IMG/VR virus record: IMGVR_UViG_3300020048_000045 | DNA length: 64,000 nt | Source: an uncultured virus (IMG/VR IMGVR_UViG_3300020048_000045) | Lineage: Duplodnaviria; Heunggongvirae; Uroviricota; Caudoviricetes | Direction: 5' to 3' (one strand) | Shown: positions 1-10,300 of the stretch, one piece after another | Layout of the letters: every line of letters begins with the position of its first letter | How positions within the stretch are numbered: position 1 is the first letter of the stretch | Position numbers and translations under genes: made by a program | Notes under the pieces: model-generated | Seen by the model: only the letters and a program-made list of their open reading frames with translations | Databases searched by the model: none | Told to the model about the DNA's origin: nothing

Positions 1-1677
1 TTTCAATATGCAAGACATGGAGCTCCTTCAGAAGGTCCTTATGGAAAGAAGACAATGCCTTCTGCAGAGAATGGAACAGAGATGAGATATTATCAGGCAG
101 GACTTGACTTTCAACCAAAGACTATCAGTGAAGATGGAGCAGAGGTTCCTAAGTTTCAATTGGGAGGAATGGCGTTTGTCCCTGGAAAGCAACAAGAACA
201 AGTAGCATCACAAGCACTGCATATGTTTGGTGAAGTGATGTCTGCTCCTCAAAAAGGCATAACATATCTCGCTACAGGGAAATATCAAACCCCTGCAGAA
301 GCAATGGGTATTGAAAATCCATATGGTAAATTCGCTACTGATTTTATATTGGATCCTGTTAATCTTCTTGGTGGAGCAGGATTAACTAGTAAGGTGGCTC
401 CAAAGTTTGTAGCTAAAGCAGAGAAACTGGCTCTTCAGAAGATGAAAGCTGGAGTAGAGCATGGTATAGGAATTACACAAGGACTTAAAGATGTTCGTAA
501 AGGAAGACCTATTTTTGAAGCATTCCCAGTTACATCATCTCAGAAAGCTAAGATAATGGCAAAGCAAGATGAAGCTGTTAAAGAAGGAGTTGATTTTGTA
601 AACAAATGGCTTTATGATCCTGATAAATATGGACCACTAAGACCTGAAGTGAAATCACGTATAGAGAATATCCAGCTTGATTCAGATTACGGATTTGACA
701 ACACAAGCCAACTTAGTCCAGATAATCCATTAGTCAAGTCTAAAAATCTATTAATTTCTAGTAGATCAAAGGATCTAGAAAAACAAGGATTATCTCCAGA
801 TAACGTAGCATATATAAGAGAGAATCGAGGAGATATAGCTGGATTTAATGATTATAGGAATGCATATACACTTCGAAACTATGGATTATATCATAGATCT
901 CCCGAATCACTAAAAAATACAGTGATGCATGAGGCAGGTCACACTGCAGAACAACTTGCTACTAAAGGACTTCCCTGGAAAGTGGGTATGACTACTGGTG
1001 ATCCTAGATTTCCATACTATAGTGCTAATCTGGATACTCCTATTGGTCAGCAATTTGGAGAAGCCATGGTAGCTCCTAAGCCTGGACAATACTTATGGGA
1101 AGGTAGTCCTTCAGAAGTATATGCTGAAAGTTTTCCTGCAAGATATCGTGTAGCTGAAACAATGAAACAGAAACTTGGTGCAACTACAGATCAAGCAATT
1201 CAGGCCATGCACTGGGATCCAGAAAGGACTGCATCAGCAATGCTTAGCTCAGGACGCTTTGATAGATTCTTTAAAAAAGGTACAACTAATGAACAGAAAT
1301 TAGAAATTTTGAAGTTACTGCCTGCAGCAGCTCCTGTAGCTGTAGGAGCAGCAGCAGCTCAGAAACAGAGAGATGGTGGTATCACCAAAGACAATAGAGG
1401 ATATTGGAATCCTGATAACTGGGGCAAGCCTGTACAGATTGATTCAAATCAGATTACAATGCAAGGTGTAAACCAGCCACTGTTAGGAATATCTGACACA
1501 GGAGATACGAAGATGATGGCTCCTGGTAAAGACTATCGCTTCAAAGGAAAGTCTGTTGTAGAGTTTCCTATTGCAAAAGAAGGAGCAGCATTGCAGCTTG
1601 AAAAATTGGATCAATTAACTAACTTTACAAACTATAATAAACCAACTCGTGGGGGCTGGTTAGATAAATATAAATGA
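1..1677 (+). CDS. Virion internal/cargo protein with zincin-like HExxH domain (5' end probably outside the window)
   Basis: The frame is open from base 1 (FQYARHGAPSEG...) through the ATG at 55. It has HEAGH at 928-942 with a downstream SPSEVYAE and recurrent xxxGG motifs, and lies directly upstream of the large cargo/RNAP genes. Confidence 0.65.
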   Translation, partial: FQYARHGAPSEGPYGKKTMPSAENGTEMRYYQAGLDFQPKTISEDGAEVPKFQLGGMAFVPGKQQEQVASQALHMFGEVMSAPQKGITYLATGKYQTPAEAMGIENPYGKFATDFILDPVNLLGGAGLTSKVAPKFVAKAEKLALQKMKAGVEHGIGITQGLKDVRKGRPIFEAFPVTSSQKAKIMAKQDEAVKEGVDFVNKWLYDPDKYGPLRPEVKSRIENIQLDSDYGFDNTSQLSPDNPLVKSKNLLISSRSKDLEKQGLSPDNVAYIRENRGDIAGFNDYRNAYTLRNYGLYHRSPESLKNTVMHEAGHTAEQLATKGLPWKVGMTTGDPRFPYYSANLDTPIGQQFGEAMVAPKPGQYLWEGSPSEVYAESFPARYRVAETMKQKLGATTDQAIQAMHWDPERTASAMLSSGRFDRFFKKGTTNEQKLEILKLLPAAAPVAVGAAAAQKQRDGGITKDNRGYWNPDNWGKPVQIDSNQITMQGVNQPLLGISDTGDTKMMAPGKDYRFKGKSVVEFPIAKEGAALQLEKLDQLTNFTNYNKPTRGGWLDKYK

Positions 1678-1678
1678 T

Positions 1679-4564
1679 ATGAAAGCAGACATTCTTAAAA
1701 TCGCTGGTGTTAAATCTGAAAAGGAATTCTATAAGAAATATCCTTCAGAGGAATCATTTATGAAAGTTCATGGTAAAGAGTTTAAGAAAGCTCAACAAGG
1801 TGCTTCTATCATGGCAGCTCTTGGTCAGGCTCCTAAACAAGGATTAGGATTTACTCCTGGACAACAGAATATTGGCATGCCTAAATCATTGGGGTATAAC
1901 CTTTCTGGAAATGCTACAGGACAACAGATGGATTTTTCTGGAAATCCTATACAAGGTTTATCAGCCCAACAATCTCTTACATCTCAAGGAATGTCAGGAA
2001 TGACTGACATAGGTGGAAAAGCTCCTGGTATGATGGGAAAACTCATGGAGAATGCAAATCTTCCTGGAAAAATAATATCAGGTATTAAAGCTATCAAAGC
2101 TGAAAAGGCAAAAAGGAAGTCTGCAGAACAATGGGAAGATGTTAGTGACATCCAACTACAAGCTTCAAGGACCAGGCCAGAAGAAACAAGGAGACAATAT
2201 GTACGCCCTGAGGATATGGTTAATACAGGGGAAGAATTTTTCCCTGTGTATGGAGTAGGAACAAATGCTCTTGCTAAAGATGGAACTGTCCTAAGGAATA
2301 AAGTTGGTGGAAACAGAGGAGAGATACAGAACACATACGATCCTAACACATTATATGATGATCTTGGCTATGCTCCTTTGCAGAAAGCTAATTTTGGAGC
2401 AATCGCCACTGGTGTTGGTGGAGACATGTTTGGCCAGGTAACAAAAGAACTATATGGTCAGAATGCTGGATCTGAATTAGGAGGTGATCTTGGAGGAGCA
2501 GTAGGGAGTATATGGGGTCCTGTAGGTCAAGTTGTTGGTAAAGAAGTAGGCAAGCTTGCTGGATGGGCCCTTGACAGAAATCCTGCAAAGATAAAAAAGG
2601 CTCAGGATGCTACAATGAGAAATGTAGGATCTATGGCTTTTGCCAATCAAATGCAAGGAGTTCAAGGACAAAATGTATCTCATATGGAAGAAGGTGGATG
2701 GATATCAAACGACTGGCAACCTCAAGTTATCACTCAGTTTGGAGAACACAAGCTCTCTGATCTATTGAAGAAAGATCGTATAATGGATACATTACGCACA
2801 GGAGGAAACATTAGGGAAAACTCTGGTTACCCTGACTTTGCCATGGGTGGTGATCTGAAAGTTTATCGTGGGGAAGCTACTCCTATCTCTCAGAATCCCT
2901 ATCTGCCAGATGGTGGTGAGACTGTAATGTTCAGGGGACCTTCTCACGCAGAAGGAGGAATGCCTATTAAATATGGAAATAGTCCTGTAGAGGTAGAAGG
3001 TGGAGAGCCTGCTGTCAAATTACAGGATGGTGGAATGGATGAAAGTCTTATTGTATTTGGTAATCTGCCAATTAGTGGCCAATATGCAACAATGCTTGGC
3101 GACTCTAAAGTTAAAGGAATGAAGTTCAAAAACTATATCAAAGATCTCTCAGCAACTGAGAACAAACAGAATAAGATAATTGATAAGTCAGTAAACAAAC
3201 TTGACGATCTGAATATTCAAAGTTCATTTGACAAGATATCTGCAGATTCTTTTAAAGCAAATATTGATGGTGCTAATATGAAACTTAAAGACCTGGCAGC
3301 CAAGAAACAAACTGCTGCAGCATTGCAACAAGCTATAAATGAAACAGCTGATGAACAAGGACTTGTAGCAGAAGATCTTGCTAGAGGGACAGTTAAGCTT
3401 GCTAAGAAAGGTGCATTAATAAAGAAAGCTCAAGATGGTGAAGCTCTTGAAAGTCTTTCAAGAGAAGACTACGATAGACTTATTAAATTATATGAGCAAG
3501 CAAGTAAGGATAAGACAGGAAAGTCTAAAGCTGTTGAAGAATTCCAGAGAGAGTTTACAAGAATTGCACCTAATCGTGCAAAATCAGCTTTGAAGAAAGT
3601 AGGAATGGGTCCTACAAATTATGCAAAAAGTTTAGATCCTGATCTTGGAGCATTCGATCCTCTTGGTAATATTGATCAATACTGGGGACCACGAACAGAA
3701 GCATATAGAGCTGCCATGGAAGAATCACTTCTTCCTACTCCTGGTGAGCAAATTACGCTTCCTGAAGATACTCCTGATGTAACAGGAATATTGCCAACAT
3801 TTATAGAGAATAAGCCTGTTGTAGAGGACACTATTCCAACTACAAAGAAGAAAAAATATGAGTGGATAGAAGCTCTTGCTTCAGCTATTCCAGCTCTCAG
3901 ACCAAGTGATAGAGAAGGACTTGATGCAAGACAACTTGCAGGAGAAATGTTTGCTCTATCCAGCAATCAATTGGAGCCTGTTCCTTTCCAAAGATTTACT
4001 CCTCAATTGACTGTTCCTTATGACATATCATTACAGGACATTCTTAATGAGAATCAGGCTGCATTTAGATCTGCTCAGCGTACAATGGGATATAACCCTG
4101 CAGCTCAGGCTAATCTGGCAGCTCAACAATACCAAGCAAACCAGAGAGTATTAGGTGAGCAGTTCAGGATGAATCAAGCTGAAAAGAATAGAGTGTATGA
4201 ACAGAATAGACAAATTCTGGATCAGGCTCAGCTTACCAATCTTGGACAGTATGCTGCTCAGGCTGATAAACAAGCTGCAGCCAAATCTGCAACCAAGGCC
4301 ACTACACAAATGGCACTTAATTCAATTGCTGATAAGTTTGCAAAGAACCAGCTTGAGAATAGAACACTTGCTACATATGAAAATCTGTATAATTATAGGT
4401 TTGGTCCTGACATGATAGCTCAAAATTGGAATGCTCCATTCAGACCAAACATGCCTACAGTTGAAACTACTCCTGCTAATCAGCCAGCTGAAACTAAAGC
4501 AAAAGCAAAGGAAAAGAGTAATGCCAGGAACGGTGCTATCGTTAGAGCTTTAAAAAGTATCTAA
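1679..4564 (+). CDS. Putative virion cargo/ejection protein (crAss-like)
   Basis: 961-aa ORF with Gly-rich hydrophobic segments, GPSHAEGG and VEVEGGE motifs typical of crAss-like cargo proteins, and a Gln/Ala-rich helical C-terminus. It sits upstream of the vRNAP cluster. Confidence 0.6.
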   Translation: MKADILKIAGVKSEKEFYKKYPSEESFMKVHGKEFKKAQQGASIMAALGQAPKQGLGFTPGQQNIGMPKSLGYNLSGNATGQQMDFSGNPIQGLSAQQSLTSQGMSGMTDIGGKAPGMMGKLMENANLPGKIISGIKAIKAEKAKRKSAEQWEDVSDIQLQASRTRPEETRRQYVRPEDMVNTGEEFFPVYGVGTNALAKDGTVLRNKVGGNRGEIQNTYDPNTLYDDLGYAPLQKANFGAIATGVGGDMFGQVTKELYGQNAGSELGGDLGGAVGSIWGPVGQVVGKEVGKLAGWALDRNPAKIKKAQDATMRNVGSMAFANQMQGVQGQNVSHMEEGGWISNDWQPQVITQFGEHKLSDLLKKDRIMDTLRTGGNIRENSGYPDFAMGGDLKVYRGEATPISQNPYLPDGGETVMFRGPSHAEGGMPIKYGNSPVEVEGGEPAVKLQDGGMDESLIVFGNLPISGQYATMLGDSKVKGMKFKNYIKDLSATENKQNKIIDKSVNKLDDLNIQSSFDKISADSFKANIDGANMKLKDLAAKKQTAAALQQAINETADEQGLVAEDLARGTVKLAKKGALIKKAQDGEALESLSREDYDRLIKLYEQASKDKTGKSKAVEEFQREFTRIAPNRAKSALKKVGMGPTNYAKSLDPDLGAFDPLGNIDQYWGPRTEAYRAAMEESLLPTPGEQITLPEDTPDVTGILPTFIENKPVVEDTIPTTKKKKYEWIEALASAIPALRPSDREGLDARQLAGEMFALSSNQLEPVPFQRFTPQLTVPYDISLQDILNENQAAFRSAQRTMGYNPAAQANLAAQQYQANQRVLGEQFRMNQAEKNRVYEQNRQILDQAQLTNLGQYAAQADKQAAAKSATKATTQMALNSIADKFAKNQLENRTLATYENLYNYRFGPDMIAQNWNAPFRPNMPTVETTPANQPAETKAKAKEKSNARNGAIVRALKSI

Positions 4565-4605
4565 TTAAATTGATTATACTAAATTACTGAAACTCATTAC
4601 ATCTC

Positions 4606-4636
4606 TTGGAATATTTAATATTTTCTGTTACATTTG
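4606..4636 (+). promoter_or_regulatory. Bacteroidota-type primary sigma promoter (-33/-7)
   Basis: TTGG (4606-4609), 19 nt spacer, TACATTTG (4629-4636). This matches TTTG-N19-21-TAnnTTTG and ends 14 nt before the ATG at 4651. Confidence 0.7.
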
Positions 4637-4650
4637 AAATTTAAAATACT

Positions 4651-7371
4651 ATGGCTTCATATACTGACCAAATACCACAATTTAATCCATACGTAGCTCA
4701 ATTGCCTGTAGAAGCAATGGTTGCAGTGGGTATGGAAAAGCAAAGACGCTATGATGAGGGTATCACCAAAATACAAACTCAGATAGATAGCATTGCTGGT
4801 CTTGATGTTGTTAGAGATGTAGACAAGAACTATTTACAATCTAAGATAAATGAGCTTGGTAATAAACTCAAAATAGTTGCTGCTGGAGACTTCTCTAACT
4901 ATCAGTTAGTCAATTCTGTATCAGGAATGACCAGTCAAATTGTTAAAGATCCCAACGTTCAGAGTGCTGTTTATTCCACTGCTAATCACAGGAAACAACT
5001 TGCTGCCATGGAAGAAGCCAGAACTAAAGGTGCCCTGGCTCCTGAGAATGAAATAGACTATCAAAAGCAATTCAATCGATATGCTACCTCAGGGAAAGTT
5101 GGTGAACAGTTCAATGGAAAATATACTCCCTATATAGATGTAAATAAAAAGCTCTATGAGATAGGGAAGGAAGTTGGTCTTGATGAGAAGACTATTCCTC
5201 AGTTATGGCAGACAGATGCATCTGGAAACATTCTTAAAGACAAAGATGGTCTGCCTATATTTAATCCTGTAATGGCAGAGAAACATTTGAAAGGTAAAGA
5301 TGCTGGTAAGCTTCTTGCTGCTTTTCAAGCTGCTTTAACTCCTGCAGATTACAATCAACTTGCCATCACTGGCAGATATCAAAAAGGAGGACTTAGTCCA
5401 GAACAACTTAATCAGGAAGTTAAGAAAAACTATACTGACAATATTACCATGGCAGATGGTCAGATTCAAAATATCAATCTTCAATTGCTTAAAGAGAATG
5501 CCAAGAATGATAAGAACAAAGATCTTATCAAATCTCTTAATGAGCAAAAGCAGATGTATGAGAATCAGAAGCATACACTTCAAACATCAATGCAAAGAGA
5601 TCTCGAAACAGCAATTACTAACCCTGATGCAGTTCGAGGGAACCTTTATACGAACAACTATTTGTCTACAATGTCAAGATCTCTCTCTACTTCTACAGAG
5701 GAAACTACGTACAAGGTAAGTCCTATGTTTGAAGTGACAATGAGACAGAATGAATTCAACAGACAAGTTCAGAGAGACAAGATATCTGACCAACACTGGG
5801 CAATTGAACAAAGACGAGAAGACAGAAAAGAACTTCGTGAGTCATACAAAGACCAGCTTGAATTATGGACCAAGTATGGAATAGGCACACCTCCTGCTGG
5901 TTATACAGGGACTAGAGGTTTGGATGAACCTATTCCTGTAGCTGATAATAGATTTGCAATCGTTGCTGCTGTAGAAGATGGATTCTCATTGAGGATGGCT
6001 CAACTTAATGACGCTAACATGTCAATTACTCGTGAGTACTTTAGAGCAATGACCCCAAAGGCACCAGGACAAACTGATGCTGAATATGAAGTGAGTCTAT
6101 CAAAAGCAATGGAATCATATGCCCTTGCCAATGGTATGTCTATCAAATCTTCTCCAGATGAAATAAATAAGTTTGCTGCTGAGTTTGCATCAAGGCAACT
6201 TGAGAGTTGGAAGAAAGATGAGACATCTGTACCACGTAGGTTCAGAGAACTTATATCCCAACAGAACGATCTTACAAAGCAGATATCGGTACAGCAAGCA
6301 AAGATGTCAGACATTAAGAGTAGGGCAACTCAGCAAGCCAAAGATCTTGGTGTCTATGGTGACTATGAGAAAATTAAAGCCAAGATACAAGAGACAACGA
6401 TAAAGACATCTCTTGGAGATGTACGTCTGTCTAAGGAAGATGTAATTGACTTTGCAAATCTTCATCCTGAGGTACATAACATATTCAAACATTTTACAGT
6501 TGATGATAGTCAGAAGTCAGAGATGGCAGCTGCCAGACAAAGACTTCAGACTAAATATGGAAATAGATTTGCTGAACTTGAAAAGAGGGTGTATGGTATA
6601 GAACAAATCGTTCCAGGAACGGAATGGTCAGAAGCTGCTCTTAATGTCAATCCTGTGATTGATCGTGCTGCTTTTGAAATAGGATCATCCAACTTTGGAA
6701 AGCTTGCAGAGATTGAAGCACAGATGTACATTGACGAAGGTTTCTTACAACAACCTAAATCATTCCCTGTATTAAGAGGTAAGGAAAATGAGTATGATAT
6801 TAACTCTAGACTCTCTGCTATTGTTACCAAATCAGGAGTTGATCAAAAGCTTATAGATGAAGCACTTACAGCAATTGATAAAGGAGCTTCCTCAAAAGTA
6901 ATTGCTTCCCCTGGAATGACAAGCAACGATCCTACCACTTACTATTTACAAGTAAAAGGTATAAAGGTTCAAATTGATGAAGGTGACTATGTGTACTTGA
7001 CAAAGAATCCTCCAATGAGAGCTCAGGATAAACCTCAGGTACTGGATCAGATTGACCACTGGGGAACAAGTGGATTGAATGGTGTAAGTGAACCTGGCAG
7101 TGCATGGTTTAGTTCTTCTGACTTCAAGAACTTAAAGGGAGTGGATTATACTGCAACAGGAAACTTACGTCCTGATCCTGCTAATCCTAACAACCTTTGG
7201 TTCTATTTAACTCTGCATTTTCCAGATGGCACAACAGAAGAAATTGAATATGATGAGCCAATTCCAAGGATCAATCAAGATAAAACTTGGAACCAATCTT
7301 TAAATAATCTTGCTCTTGGTGTAACACCAGTAGTTATTGAACAGTTAAGAAAAAGTAACAAGAAAAAATAA
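4651..7371 (+). CDS. Putative virion cargo/ejection protein
   Basis: 906-aa, largely helical/coiled-coil ORF immediately before the vRNAP gene, as in crAss-like gene order. No catalytic motif recognised. Confidence 0.55.
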   Translation: MASYTDQIPQFNPYVAQLPVEAMVAVGMEKQRRYDEGITKIQTQIDSIAGLDVVRDVDKNYLQSKINELGNKLKIVAAGDFSNYQLVNSVSGMTSQIVKDPNVQSAVYSTANHRKQLAAMEEARTKGALAPENEIDYQKQFNRYATSGKVGEQFNGKYTPYIDVNKKLYEIGKEVGLDEKTIPQLWQTDASGNILKDKDGLPIFNPVMAEKHLKGKDAGKLLAAFQAALTPADYNQLAITGRYQKGGLSPEQLNQEVKKNYTDNITMADGQIQNINLQLLKENAKNDKNKDLIKSLNEQKQMYENQKHTLQTSMQRDLETAITNPDAVRGNLYTNNYLSTMSRSLSTSTEETTYKVSPMFEVTMRQNEFNRQVQRDKISDQHWAIEQRREDRKELRESYKDQLELWTKYGIGTPPAGYTGTRGLDEPIPVADNRFAIVAAVEDGFSLRMAQLNDANMSITREYFRAMTPKAPGQTDAEYEVSLSKAMESYALANGMSIKSSPDEINKFAAEFASRQLESWKKDETSVPRRFRELISQQNDLTKQISVQQAKMSDIKSRATQQAKDLGVYGDYEKIKAKIQETTIKTSLGDVRLSKEDVIDFANLHPEVHNIFKHFTVDDSQKSEMAAARQRLQTKYGNRFAELEKRVYGIEQIVPGTEWSEAALNVNPVIDRAAFEIGSSNFGKLAEIEAQMYIDEGFLQQPKSFPVLRGKENEYDINSRLSAIVTKSGVDQKLIDEALTAIDKGASSKVIASPGMTSNDPTTYYLQVKGIKVQIDEGDYVYLTKNPPMRAQDKPQVLDQIDHWGTSGLNGVSEPGSAWFSSSDFKNLKGVDYTATGNLRPDPANPNNLWFYLTLHFPDGTTEEIEYDEPIPRINQDKTWNQSLNNLALGVTPVVIEQLRKSNKKK

Positions 7372-7376
7372 TAAGA

Positions 7377-10300
7377 ATGGCAGATGAAACAAAAGTGGTA
7401 AACTTACCATTTAGTACTCCTGATCTAGTTGGAAACTATAATACGGCATATGTGCCTACAGATCGTGAAGTTTCTCCTACAGAAGACTATCATGCTATCT
7501 TTAACAGTCTGATATCTAAAGACACTCCTCAGCCAGGAACAGGCTTTGCTGTAGTTCCAACCAAGGATATTCCTATGACAGGAAGATATCCTTTGTTCTT
7601 TCCTGGAAGAGACAATGAGGAAATCTATGCTCAAGCTCAGGGAGGATGGGAAAAAGCATATAATGGTGTAGTTAAGATGGCAGGCACTGCTACTTCTACA
7701 TTTATTAATGGTACTGCAGGATTGCTGTATGGAGCAATGCAAGCTTCTTCTACTGGTAAGTTTAATTCATTCTATAACAATCCTTTAACCAATAAGCTTA
7801 ATGATTGGACAGCTGGATTAGAGGATACATATGCTCACTACAAGACATTAAGAGAGAGAAATGGAAGTTGGTGGGAACCTGAAAACCTATTTACAGGAAA
7901 CTTTCTTTGGGACAATATTGTTAAAAACCTAGGATTCTCATTAGGAGCTGCAGCATCAGGATTTGCATGGGGAGGGGCCCTTAAAGCAATTGGTCTTACA
8001 GGGAAACTTATGTCTACAGGAGTAGACATGGCATCAAAAGCAGATGTTGCTATTTCTGAGGCAGCAGTACTTCCACAAGCACAACGACTTGGAGCAGTAA
8101 CATCCAGACTTGAAGGACTTTGGAATGGTACACAATCTTTAATTGGTAAAGGACTAATCAAAGCTGACAGAGCCATTGTTGCTGGATTTGGTACAGTGGG
8201 TGAAGCTGGAATTGAATCTTTAAACAATTCCCAGGAATTCAGACGTAAGATGATTGAAAATTATACGGCTGAACATGGGTATGCTCCTACAGGAGATGCC
8301 ATGAAAGAAATAAACAAGTATGCTGAGAATGTTGGTAATTGGAGCTTTGGAGCAAACTCTGCTCTCTTGAGTATGACCAACTATGTTCAGTTACCTAAGA
8401 TCTATTCTTCATCTTTCAAGGCAGAGAAAGAAATCCTGAATAATATTGCATACAGGGAAGGGAAATATATAGCAACTCTTCCAGAGAAAGGATTTGGTAA
8501 GTTCTTATACAAGGCCAAGAATATTGGATCTTTATTCTTCAATACTGCTGAAGGATTTGAAGAAGGTGCACAGTATGCCATCCAGACAGGAACACAGCAT
8601 TATTATGGTAAAAAATCTAAAGGAGAAGCCACAGATACATTTGAAGATGGTATCTTCTATGGGATTAAAGAAGCTCTCACTACAGACGAAGGTACCCTCA
8701 ATATCTTCACAGGAGCATTCTCTGGAGCATTACAGTCTTCAGGATTTGTTGGTGTAAGAGGTGGTCTTCCTACAATTGGTAGAACAGGAAAGATAGGAGA
8801 AAGAGGATTTACAGGATATGGTGGAGAAGAAGCTGTTACAAGGGAACAAGCTCTGAAAGCTCTTAATGAGTCCATGATTAAGGACAAGATGAAAGATGCT
8901 TATACCAATCTAAAGGCTGCACAAATTATCCAGGAAGAAAGAGAAGCTGCTATTCGTAGAGGTGATGTTCTCGAAAGTAAAGATCTTGAATTTGACTATG
9001 CACATAACTTTGTTGCTACACGTTTAAAATATAATGCTAAGGAAGCAATTGATACAGAGATTGCTGATCTGAAGAGAGAAGCTGTTACACCAGATGGATT
9101 TACAAGACTGAAGCAGGAAGGCTATGCAGCTGATACTGATACAGTTGCATCATTTATAACAAGACTTGACAATCTACAGAAGCATGCAGATGCTGCTAAG
9201 AGTTTACAGGATTCTCTTAATCTTAAATACAAAGGACAAATTAACGAAGACGGTGGAAGAGTTTATAGCGATGATATCATCAGTAAACTTGTGTATGCTG
9301 GAAGTAAAGTTACCAACTATGATGATCGTATTCCTCAGGTAAATAAATCATTATTTGATGCAGGAATTACTACTACCACTGAGATACTTCAAGATATACT
9401 GGTCAATGGTATTCCTAAGGAAGAAGCTGTAAAACAAGCAATTGCTGACATAGATGGAAATGCTGCATTGACAAATGATCAGAAGAAAGATCTGAAACAA
9501 GATCTGCATGACCTGATTGAACTTGGTATGCGTAGAAAGAATTTCATTGATGAGTACAATGATATTCTTAAAAACCCAAAGAAGTACGAACCAATTGAGC
9601 CAATAACACAAGCTCCTCCAGTACCTGGAGAACCAGTAAAGACAATCAAAGTCACAACAAAAAGAGGTGAACAAGACCTTGAGATTGGCACACGCTACTT
9701 CCTGGGAACAGGAGTAGACTATGATGAAGAAGGTCTTGAAACATATATTCCTATTTCTGAACTTACCATCGAAGCAGAAGATGAAGATGGCAGCATTCAG
9801 ATCAGAACATCAGAAGGAGAAGTAAGAAAGGTAAGCAAAGATGTACTCGCTGGATATATGCTTGGAAAGGTTGATGATCTTAAAAAGAATGTCAACGCTA
9901 ACTTCTTCTATCACAATAGGAATAAGAAATACGAATACAACTTTGGAAAAGACTATCTGGGTAAAAGACCTGGAAGACTTCAGTATGAGAATGGCCAGCT
10001 GTTCTTTGTATTCAAGAATGCCAAAGGACAACTTCAAAGAAGGGCTATAAGTAACCTGGATTTTGTTGCTCAGAAAGACTTCAAGAATCCAAGAATTATA
10101 GAATTAGGAGTTATTAAAGACAAGACTCCAGAACAGAAAGCAGCTGATGCAGCATTTAAGGCTGAAGAAGCTTTGGAAGAACAACGTCAGACTCTGGCCA
10201 GAACCAGAGAAAAACGTCTTGTTATTCTTAGAGAGATTGAACAAGAGACTATAGATCGTCTTCAGGAAATAAAGAAAGACATTCTTGACAAGCAAGAAGA

